A DNA stretch of 61,769 nucleotides, the filler included, from Nemertoderma westbladi (Eukaryota > Animalia > Xenacoelomorpha): assembly GCA_032718475.1 (NCBI GenBank). It is 3 parts of 3 records of this genome, joined end to end, with 100 filler letters (N's around TTAATTAATTAA, not from the genome) between each part and the next. Parts side by side here need not be neighbours in the genome. Positions count along the whole stretch, not along the records: positions 1 to 30,250 come from JAUCBJ010005057.1; positions 30,351 to 50,578 come from JAUCBJ010003802.1; 1 more part is not named here. One strand, 5' to 3'. The translations under genes and the position numbers were made by a program. Shown piece after piece: positions 25,911 to 36,800 of the stretch; within the stretch, counting starts at the first letter, position 1; each line of letters begins with the position of its first letter. Under the pieces are notes generated by a model. It saw only the letters and a program-made list of their open reading frames with translations, made no database searches and was not told where the DNA came from.

Positions 25911-27418
25911 TGGATGTTATGTAAGCATTACAGCACTTTAAAGGGGTCTTACGCAATTCAAACTCACCCCTCTGGAAAATACACCCAACTGCAACAGATT
26001 ACAAGTGGAAAATAAACTGCAACAATATTTCGGTTAGTATAACGTGCCACAGTCACTTTGTTAGCGTCTATCTATCAATCTATATGTTGACTGTTTAGTG
26101 TATACTTGGGTATACTATTATCAATTTTATGAATTTACAAATTAAGTTGGAAATAATAATAAAAGAAATATCTCAATATTAATCATAAACAATACTGAAA
26201 CCGGCAAATATAATGTGAAGAATAAAATATGCGACTTTATTGCTAATTATTATCTACTGCTACTTTATTATTATATTTCTAGTTATCGCTATTTGAAAAT
26301 TACATAACTTGTGATTAAATCAATTGTATACTGTTATTTTAAATAATTAATACAAACATTTGAATTTAATACAATACTAACAAATAACATTGTATACATT
26401 TACAAGTTTTAGTGTAAATTTACAACTCATCTAGTACTTTGTGGATTTATATTGGTGCCAAATAATTGTTTGCGGTGAAACTATTTAAATTTGGCGTTTG
26501 TAATATTTTGGTGAAATTTTCTTTCATTTTTGGTAAGTGTAATAATTGCAATTGGTAGCAATTTTATATACGTGGGCGTAGGTTACATATATGATATGAT
26601 ATTATATAAATCATTGATATGATGACAAAATACATACTTTTAACTGTTTTTACATAGGAAAGTTATTATGCGTTGGTTAAATCTTTTGTCACGGTCGAAC
26701 TGACACAACAAAGAACGAACGTAATATAGTTCAAAACGCCCCCATCCATCGGTTTCTATCATATTAATAAAATGAAACTAATTAAACTCGTTCATACGAA
26801 TCGCCCTATTGGTAATCATTCACCCATCACTGTCACACCGTTACATTCACTACGGCATACATAACGGTTCACTAACTTGATTGATATAACTTCATATTCG
26901 TTTACATAAAGAAAGAATTCTATCAGTTTATAACGAGAATTTATATTTAACAAGCGATCCACTACCATTTACCTAAATATTATTTATTTTCGTTGATAAT
27001 AATTATTTACTTTATGGTGGATAAAGTAATTAGCACTTTATATTGTCTTCCAACGACCGCTTAATAAGGGTAAGCCGAAAAGTGGTTTATACAAAATAAC
27101 ATGAACATTTTTTATTCAAAATTTGTATGTTGACTGTGCTATGTGATATTATAGTTAACTTTCTCAATGTGAGATACGTAAGGTATGTGAAGGTATACGT
27201 GTGATGTAGGGGTAGATACAGTATATAGTGGTGCACATTGACCAAAACTGAGAAGATCACCAGCGCAAATTGATCGCAAATGAAATGAAATTTTGTTTAT
27301 TGTTTAGGTTAGAAAACACCAACACCAACACACCTGCTCCAAATGTTATAAAATAAATCAGGTTTTTAAACACACTAAACACAAAGATGATGGATTTCCG
27401 GACAATTTGCGCCCAACT

Positions 27419-27700
27419 CTCACTAAAAATCATCTTACATTCCAATTCCGGCACGGATCCTGAATAAATAAGATTATGATTCTTAACCCTGACAAGCATA
27501 TATAATCAAAGTAGTGGAAAAGCCTTCCTATGATTGGTTAAAAGTTTAATGTGATTAGGGTGTCTCACTAAAAATCGTCTTACATTCCAATTCCGGGGGG
27601 ATATGGTGAACAAATAAGATTACGATTTTTAACCTTAAAAAACCTGATAAGCATAAATAATCAAAGTGGAAAACCCATCCTATGATTGGTTAAAGGTTAA
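27419..27700. repeat. ~145-bp tandem duplication
   Basis: CTCACTAAAAATCRTCTTACATTCCAATTCCGG at ~27419 and ~27564, with matching downstream sequence. Confidence 0.8.
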
Positions 27701-28032
27701 AAGTTATATATTTCATATCCTCGGCTTTCTCACCACAATTTCATTGGAATGGTTAATATCTGATACATCATAATTACACACGAAGAAAATAACCCTTATA
27801 ACGTTAACATTAAACACTAAACCCCATAATGAACGGGGTAAACGCATACTATTGCTCTCTAAACTTTATTTTAAGAAGATACTTTTAATTACAATATATT
27901 GCAATACGAAATTTTATGACAGTTTTATGACTGACCTCAATAATATTATAGTTTCATATGCCTGAAGAGCGCGGTGTATCATACCCTTTCTTAACAATAA
28001 ATAACAAATTTAAATGCAATTAACATATTAAA

Positions 28033-29040
28033 ATGGATATTCAATACGAAAATGATACGATATCATCACCAAACAGCAACAACATTAGCGAACTTCTAGG
28101 CCTTCTATCAGCCTACACAACTTACATATACGGAATTCCTTCAAATATTCTACTTATATTAAGCGTTCTCACCTACCCGGAACTAAGGAACAAGAATATT
28201 GGAACATTAACGGGCTCACGTGCCGCTAGTGATATACTTTTAATACTGGCTGAACTTGTAAACACAGAAACCATATTAACAGGAGTATCTTTAGCAGAAC
28301 TTGTTATTAGATGCTACATAGCAGATCCATTGGAGACTGCGGCGTCTCTGGTCTCATATTGGCTAGTAGTTGTCATAGCGATAGAGCGAAACATCGCTGT
28401 TAATTGGCCAAGAAGTTATGGCAAGATGATGTCAAGGAAACGAGTGACCGTAACAATTGTGTTACTAATTATATTGAGTGTTGCCATGGTTACAGCCCCT
28501 GTCTATCGGATACACGATAACCCCACTGAGGAACTCCGATGCGATTATTTAACGAATATTTACGGAAGATCTACTGTGGTTAAAGTTTACTACAATATAG
28601 TGGAGAGCGTGATCGCAACCACGGTTCCAGTAGTCATGGTTACGTGCCTCAACGTCGCCACAGTATACGGTCTATTTAAACGCGGAAAACAGCCCAAAGG
28701 CAGTCTGAGAATTACAATAGCCCTGTTGGTGAGTTTGTTTCTATTCGTGGCATTCCTCATGACTGAAACCGTGGATTCTGTTAGAGATATTGTGAACATT
28801 TTCACGATTAATCAGGAAGAAATTGAACCTGAAGTGGTTGACCTGTTGGTAGATGTACACAGTTTCTGTATCGTCCTTAACTGCAGCATCAATCTAACTG
28901 TACTTATAATATTTTTACCGCTGTATCGTAAGGCTCTAATAAATATCCCTCATTATATTATTATGTGTCTACTCAGTTATCGCTTACGTCGTAGCAAACA
29001 ACCCCAAGACGGAGATGAGGTGGATGTTAACTTTAAATGA
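28033..29040 (+). CDS. Rhodopsin-class (family A) GPCR, divergent peptide/chemoreceptor-like, single-ORF
   Basis: Seven hydrophobic segments, N-terminal glycosylation sequons, GIPSN (TM1), AASD (TM2), IAIERNIAVNWP (TM3), ECL2 Cys, NCSIN...YRKAL (TM7/H8). Confidence 0.88.
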   Translation: MDIQYENDTISSPNSNNISELLGLLSAYTTYIYGIPSNILLILSVLTYPELRNKNIGTLTGSRAASDILLILAELVNTETILTGVSLAELVIRCYIADPLETAASLVSYWLVVVIAIERNIAVNWPRSYGKMMSRKRVTVTIVLLIILSVAMVTAPVYRIHDNPTEELRCDYLTNIYGRSTVVKVYYNIVESVIATTVPVVMVTCLNVATVYGLFKRGKQPKGSLRITIALLVSLFLFVAFLMTETVDSVRDIVNIFTINQEEIEPEVVDLLVDVHSFCIVLNCSINLTVLIIFLPLYRKALINIPHYIIMCLLSYRLRRSKQPQDGDEVDVNFK

Positions 29041-29399
29041 CTAACATTATTGTTTCCATGTTAATCGATGTAATTGATGTGTATTTTATATTTTATTGTT
29101 ATATAGAATTCAATATTAAAATACAACTTCTGCATTAAATTCTTGGGGCAGGCGTTATAGCCGTATCTTCTATTTAACCCAGGTCCATTCAATATTTGAG
29201 TTATCTTTTGATCATTACTGCTACTGGGCGTGGGCGAGCCATTAAGTCTGAGAGCTTTAGCATTAATATAACTTGTTATTGTCTCCAAGTACTAGGGTTG
29301 AACATAGTGGCAGCAGCGGACAGATAATGGTATTGACAGATGGGGGGCCTTCAGGAGGTAAATTTGCGATATCAGGTAGTATTCCATCACCTTTTACCT

Positions 29400-29475
29400 G
29401 AGCCTATTAGCTGAATGGTTAGAGCGTTAGACTTCCGACCTGGAGGCCACCAGTTCGATTCCACCTGGACGTCAT
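29400..29475 (+). mobile_element. tRNA-like SINE head or tRNA pseudogene
   Basis: TAGCTGAATGGTTAGAGCG (A box) and AGTTCGATTCC (B box), but poor acceptor and anticodon stems. Confidence 0.5.
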
Positions 29476-30250
29476 TAACGACTTTACAAAGCTGCGCCCA
29501 ACAAAAAGTTCGTCTTTATAGTTAAGTAAGGGCCAACCCAAATCGTTAATGTCCGTTTGTCAGTCCGTCCGTCTGTGTCGTTCATTAACTCAAAGTAACT
29601 GCTCGGTCATGCTGACCGAGCTGACCGACCGAGCTACGGAGGCTCCGGTCGGCTTCATTTGTTGAAATTTTGCCAATTTTACTAACTTGATTTTATTATT
29701 TTAATACTGTGTTACAAGATTAATTTTACTAAGGAGTGTCCCATTAAGCAATGCCAATTTGAACCGGTGGGGTTGGCAAACAAGCTAGCTACGAGGGACG
29801 GGGTTTGTACGTTCGTAGGCCTGACCTAGGGGTAAGGTCACTGCTTTAGCTGTTCTGAGAAACCAAATATGGGATTTAAATGGTTTACTGAAAGGGGATA
29901 CGGATAACATTTAATTGTTCTAAAGGAGTAAATGAGAACGAAAGAACATCTAATAATAGGATACTGAAAAAAATAATAATTTAAAATATAATTGAATTTC
30001 AGGTGAAAAGAAATACGATCTAAAAGAAACAAAAAGCAAAACATCTATAACATAATTAATTAATTAATTAATTAATACAAATCGCGGGTGAAACATTATA
30101 TGTTAGAAACAAAACGAGTGGGGCCTTCGTGCAGTAAAAGCCATATTGCGTACAATTATAATTATACTATGGCTAGTTATTTATTGGCTTTCGACACCCA
30201 CCCCCACACAGACTTTTAGAAAATGACCAAAGTATACTTATAACAGTTCG

Positions 30251-30350
30251 NNNNNNNNNNNNNNNNNNNNNNNNNNNNNNNNNNNNNNNNNNNNTTAATT
30301 AATTAANNNNNNNNNNNNNNNNNNNNNNNNNNNNNNNNNNNNNNNNNNNN
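30251..30350. other. Assembly gap with artificial six-frame-stop linker
   Basis: N-run, TTAATTAATTAA, N-run; identical structure at 50579-50678. Confidence 0.97.
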
Positions 30351-30529
30351 TTGTATTTTTATTGGTATTTGCCCCGAGAGCTGACTCGGCAAAAAAGCAC
30401 CCCCCAACCCCCACTATGGATTACATTAGCAATGCGGAGGTCCGGCCACTAGAGGCCAGTGGAATTACCGGACACAATCGGACAATCATTTTCACATATA
30501 TACATATAATAAATACAATGCAATTATAC

Positions 30530-30820
30530 GAATTCAGTTCATATAGGTATCAAGTATAATTGCTTTATTTTCAGTTACTTTTACACATTTCATAAAGGTA
30601 TTAAGTATAATTGCAGTAATTCAAGTTTCTTTTTTACTCAGTTCATAAAGATGCCAAATATAATTGCTTTACTCAAGCAAGTATAATTGCAGTAATTCAA
30701 GGTACTTTTTTACTCAGTTCATAAAGGTGTCAAATATAATTGCTCTACTCCAGTTAATTTTATTCAGTTCATAAAGGTTTAGAATTATAATTGCACAATT
30801 TCAATTTACTTTTATTTCCA
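30530..30820. repeat. Degenerate AT-rich tandem repeat
   Basis: Recurrent TTCATAAAG...TATAATTGC units. Confidence 0.6.
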
Positions 30821-32020
30821 ATATCTTGCTGAATGTTTGATACATCTGATGCAGAAAACAAAATTTGTTTTTGTCAAGGATTTGCAGAAATCGTCTGTCT
30901 TAGAGGAAGAAAATAACGTAACTCATTAAAATCGTAACTCTTTCAATCTCTGACTAAATTATACCAAACTTGGTAAACATGTAATCTTGTCTATCGGCTA
31001 AAATAAACACAATTTGCTAAAATTTCCCCTATAATGTTTTTTTTCCTATAGAGCAATCTTATACATTGACAAGACTTAAAAAATAATTGATGTTGAATAA
31101 TTATTATTAAGATTAAAATATATTATTATGACCCTCCAACCGGTTGCTTCTCACTCCCAGACAGTCACCGACCCACCCCTATAGGTTCACGAGGCAAAGC
31201 GGTTCCTGTCCGTAGAAACTGCGACTCTGAAGTAAGCGATAGTATCTCCGGATAGATATTCCTTTTTGTAGAGAGTTGATGAGTTTATGATACAGGGGAG
31301 GTTGTTGTAAAACACAAAGACAACCTCATCGGTTCTGGTTGACTTAGAATGGACAGTTCTTCAGTATTACTCTAATATAAAATGTTTATACAGTATAAAG
31401 GGTTTGCTTTAAGAAACTGGGGAATACCAGTCACTCTGTCCACTGGAAAACTTAAATATGGCTACTGCAAGCTATAATCTAAATAAGTTAATTATAAATT
31501 GCATTTGCATACCTGCCCACTGCCTGAAACCAAACTGTTGTGTTGGAGACACACTCGTTATATGCAACTTCAGCGGCTCAAAGACCCGTTGACCCATTTC
31601 ATCCACCGCCGAAGTCGACGACTTGAACCAGCCACAGATATCCCATCCTCCCCCCGTAGCGAGCGACCTCCGCTTGAACATGAGCACGAAGCTCCTCATT
31701 GCTAATCTTCTGATCAATACACTATATTGGAAGGAAGTTTAATAATATAATTATACGAAGTTCTACTATTTAATATTGTTACTATTACTACTATAAGTAA
31801 GCATCCAACTCATCTTAGCCTTAAAAAAATTATCAGACGACTAATATAAGTGTAAATAATTTGGCTTAGAATTTGCATACCATGTAATAGGGACCTTACG
31901 CTTGTATGCAGTAGCGTGTGGGCGTAGCTATTGGTGCAGGCGTAGGTGTGAAATCTTATGTCGGATATTCTTATTTAATTTCGATAAATGTACGTTTTCA
32001 AAAGTTCTATTATGGTAATT

Positions 32021-32773
32021 CTAATAATAATTCTAATACGCTAGCAGATGCACAGCTTCTACTAAATAAAGTGGAGAGGGCTGCTAAGGAGGTTGGATTG
32101 CATATAAATGCTACAAAGACCGAATTCATGACCTTTAATGTTGATGGAAACTTGACAACCATTGATATTAATCAACTAAGGAAGGTCGATGACTTCCAGT
32201 ACTTTGGATCATGGATAGAGAGTAGCAAAAAGGACATAGAAGTTAGGAAAGCAAAGGCTTGGGTAGCTCTATCAAAAATGGATACCATCTGGAAATCAGA
32301 TCTTTCCAGGCACCTGAAGACTAAGTTCTTTCGAGCCACAGTGGAAAGTGTATTTTTATACGGGGGTGAGACCTGGACAGGACACTGACTAAGTCACTTG
32401 AACAACGATGAACAACTTGAACAATTGATGGTTGCTACACAAGACTACTAAGGGCAGCCCTAAACATCAGCTGGAGACAACATATGACAAACGCCGAACA
32501 ATACTACCTGTATCAACCACCCTCTGTGAACGCAGATTAAGATTCAGTGGGCACTGCTGGCGAAGTAAAGACGAGGTCATACCAGATCTACATCCCTGGC
32601 AACAAACTCATGGAAAGCGTAGTCATGGGAGACCGGCCATAACATATATAGATCAACTTGAAAGGGATACTGAACTTGGGAGAAACGAAATTGCGACTAC
32701 TATGGAGAATCGGGAAGCCTGGAAGGATCTCATTTCCACTGTCCGAGTTCGCTCGACCTAGTAGAAGTAGTAT
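32021..32773 (+). mobile_element. 5'-truncated RTE-clade LINE (second RTE family), frameshifted
   Basis: GLHINATKTEFM, DFQYFGSWI, IWKS...FFRATVESVFLYGGETW, RRLRFSGHCWR; (TAG)n tail; 13-bp TSD TATTATGGTAATT (32008-32020, 32774-32786). Confidence 0.9.
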
Positions 32774-33830
32774 TATTATGGTAATTAAAATATTCATCAT
32801 TAGGCGTCCTACTAACAGCCTCATTTAATATAAAAACATTAATTGGACATTATTAAAAAAAAAAATCATAAGTGAATTATCATGAAGTAGGCCTACTTTT
32901 TACAAATACAAAAAATTATGTGGTAGTCAACTCAACTCGCAAAGTATTACTGAACCTATATTCCATTTGTCTATACATACAGTTGATCTAGGAAACATTA
33001 CATATCAATGCTAAAATACCAATGCTGTTTAAATATATTCATAAACTAATTACTAACGTTCAAGTACTCTCCTTCTATGAACAACAGTGTGAATGAGTTC
33101 GAATTGAAGGGCTCCTGTCGCAGAGGCAACCCCTTCTCGTTGACAGCCTGTGGAATATCAATAGCTGTCGATATTGCCCACCTCCTTTCCTTTGAATTTG
33201 TTGTGGAATAACAGGGACACGTATGGAACAAACCATACGTGCCCTGACACATCACCCCAGTACAAACTGAGGTTAGCCGAATCTACAATTAAAAATAGTA
33301 ACAGCACTGTCTGTAGTCTGTAGTCACACTGTCTTCAGTCCATCTTATCCTTATCGGCCACATCTGTGGACGCGATTTCGGCCACTCCCGTTTCTTCACC
33401 GTGCAGTGCTTCCTCGCCGTTCGGCACTTCCTTGCCATTCGGCGCTCCCGCGACGTTGCCAGGTGCCGCGCTGTTTGTCTGTCCCGCGCCGTGACGAGGT
33501 GCCGCGCTGTATTGCGCTCTCTCGACACGTCTGTAAGCTCTCCCACTGCGTCCTCGTCGACGGCCCTGTCCGCGACCCCAAACCACGGTTATCTCTCTTC
33601 TCGGTGGCTCCTCAGTTGCTTCAGCAAAGTGATTTTGGGTTATCGCTACCCGGCAATGACTGATATTTATTGCGCTGTATTTGTCAGCCATAATAATAAT
33701 CCACTGTATACTTGTTTTAACACTCTTTTAATTTTGTTTTAACACTCTTTTAATTTTATATAAAGTTAGTTAATTTTTTTAGAAAATACTTTAATTAATA
33801 TCTATAATTACTTCAAAAGCCTACTTATTA

Positions 33831-36800
33831 CTAAATAATGTTTGCTTTAACGATTTCATTGTGTTTTTTTTTGTTTTTATTTGATTTAATTTTTTTTATT
33901 TGATCTGCCTTCCTTGTTCCAACAATTCTAGCAGCTTCTTGGGGTACTTCATTCCATGAGGTAACAAACTTGGCATTAGCCATTATGTTATTTACAATCA
34001 GATGTTGTTCTGATGGAGGAATGGTGGTCTGCGTCATCAATTCCAAAGTATTTTGAAGATGAATATCTGATGCAGCACGGACATAATGTTTCAGCTGAAT
34101 AACTTTGAAAGAAGTAATGAGATTTGTAGACATAAATATAGGACGGCCATATATAGTGGGTAACTGGTGTTGATCACCATTCATAATAAGTAGTTTACCT
34201 CCAAATGGTAAATCATTACTCATGATATTATTCATGGTTGTGTCCAGAATACCAGAAAATTATGCAGAGATGAGACCTACTTCTTCCAGAATAAATACAA
34301 ACAAACAATGAATACACGGGCCTGAAAACAGGCAGTTACATATGTAAACAGTTTAATCAGTGCGAAGCCGCTGAGTAGTCACTACCGACATCACCCTCGT
34401 CCGAAAAGGTGTTATCTTCGTCGCTGCTATCCGTTGGAAGAGCCAACGAATTAATTGTATCCTCCCTGTCCTCATCGTCTAAAAGCGGTTCAGGTACCTC
34501 CTCCTCGTCTAAGCCTTTAATGTAAGTCTTTAAATCTTCTCCTTGGTAAGTAGTGGCCAATATATTGGCCTCCATTGTGTGTTCGTATTGTCTCCGTTTT
34601 CGGAATACATAATTATTATCCTTAATCGCGACAATTCCAATGTCTAGATCCCTCTCCATGAATGCAACGGTAGAGATTCCTATCTCAGTTGTGCTTTTAA
34701 CAAAGACGTATTTATCAAGGAACGACTTGTCGGCTATCGGTAACATTAATTCTCCACACACCAACAAAGAGTTGGCTCCTAACATAGAGACTACTGGATT
34801 AGGTTGCCCAACCTTGAATGCATGTTTTTTGAAATAGTAATGTGTTGGCAGCTGATAGTGCTGCACATCATTGATGGCATCAAGATAGCACCTCTTTGTT
34901 AGAGGAAGCGAGGCAAGAAGCATAGTATATCTCCACAAGGGGTCTACCCTTGATGCGGTGCAGAAACACTTTAACCCACTCTGGGATCCCCGAGGATTGT
35001 CAACGGACACGATTTTTGCGATTTCTTTGACCCATCTAATTATTCTCCAACTATTTATTCCATAGTGTTTCTGTGCATCTTTATCATCTAAATTTGAATT
35101 ATTATAATAATCAAATATTAAGCTCCTCCCATTTTCGTCAGCTCCGGTGAGCCAGCGTCCAACCGTCTTCAATACAACAATCTCATCTTCAGAGAGTTCG
35201 CTTACAACATCGGTTGAGCTATATGTACGATAGCTACTCCTCAGTTTTGGGCTTGGCTCGTAGATTACTACGTCATCAACTTTCCGCTTTAAAGACAAAT
35301 TGTCGCCAACAGCCATCTCAAATGTCGGTACATTATCCTCTACTTGGAGGTTATGGCTCAATGATATCTTCTCCATTGAATATGCAGCATTGACGATACA
35401 TCCGTAGCTGATACCGGGTGTCCCCGTATGATCGCCGTAGTGATTGCAAAATCTTGACATATTGTTGAAATAGTACCGACGCACAGCACCCTTGAGGAAC
35501 GTTGAGTCCTCAGGTATCTGGTAATCCACAACTCTGCAAAAATAAGCTAGTTCAAATAATAGGTCAAATACGTCGAACTTTGTTAAGTTCTCAACTCTTT
35601 TATTTACAGTAAGAGATACAATCTTTTGACTAGCTAAAGTTTCTCCCCCGGACCTTACAAGACGGTATGAAACAATGTTCTCATTATTGCGGGGCCTATA
35701 ATTCCCGGTTATAATTTCTTCTTTCCCATTAGTGTCATAAAGAGTTATTTTGAATCCGGATCCAACATGTAGGCTAGGTGTGCTTACATCTAGCTCGGGA
35801 ACAATCGTGATATGCTCATTGCCGTGTGACAATCTAGACGGTACCCCGAATAAAGTCTTGATAGTAGACAGCTCCACTTCATCCCCTAGATCACTGCCGA
35901 CAAAGCTCCGCAGAGACTTGCCTTGAACAGTATCGCTCGTGATTAACTTAAATAGTTTCCTTTTCCTCTCTGGTTCAACGGCTTCAAAAGCTAGGTGGTA
36001 GTTTCTTTTTAATTTGTTGATCGCCATAGGCTTTACTGATACGCAATCTTGATGAACATCGAAGTTGATATCAAACGATCTAGATGAGAACATGTAGCTG
36101 ACGTCGAACATTCCCTCGACCATCTTTTTGGATGTTAAAACACTCTTAGATCGAGAGGTGATTAATTGTCTTATTTTTTCGGCGGCTACTGTGCTGTCCA
36201 AGAAACCGAACTGCTCTAATATGTCTTTTGCTTTTACAAAAGCGACTACACCGTCTTTAGTAGTAATGGGTGGCGCAGTTTCTGGCCAGGCAATCTGCCA
36301 AAGGAGCGCGTCCGTGTCCGTCATAGGGACATCTAGATTGGCCTCGCGTATAATCCTTGCTTTGCAGGGGCTTTGTGTGTGCTTATCGACAGTGTACTTG
36401 AAATTCAGTACGTTTCTGACCGTCTCTAACTCAAAGTGTAAAATCTTTTGGACTGCATCCTTTTCTGCAGGCTGGCCGTTAAAGGCCCACCAGTCAGCTA
36501 ATGCAAAAGGCGCACGTTGTGTGTCCTCATTATATGGATTCCCCCAAGACACCTTCTCAGCAGGTGTGGCATCTGATGGACACTTAAACTCTATACCATT
36601 CCACATGGAAGGAACGTTTACTAGATTCGATGTTTTGGCCGAAATCGGTCTTTTACGCGACATTTTTGACATAAGCTCCAAACCTGGTTGCGTAGATGTT
36701 TTAACTGAGCCCACAGAGTTGATCAAACGGATTTCATCGAGTTTTATACTATAAAGAGAGGGATCCTCTCTATAAGCACTTAGGACATGTTGTAAACCCT

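Noticed and set aside
29400-29475. Functional tRNA gene
   Set aside because: A and B boxes are present but the acceptor and anticodon stems pair poorly; better explained as a SINE head or pseudogene.
30295-30306. TTAATTAATTAA palindrome between N runs (also 50623-50634)
   Set aside because: Artificial six-frame-stop scaffolding linker; adjacency across these gaps is not guaranteed.
36128-36754. 208-aa antisense ORF within the PB2-like gene (possible ambisense product)
   Set aside because: Non-ATG start and no motifs; antisense shadows of long ORFs are common.
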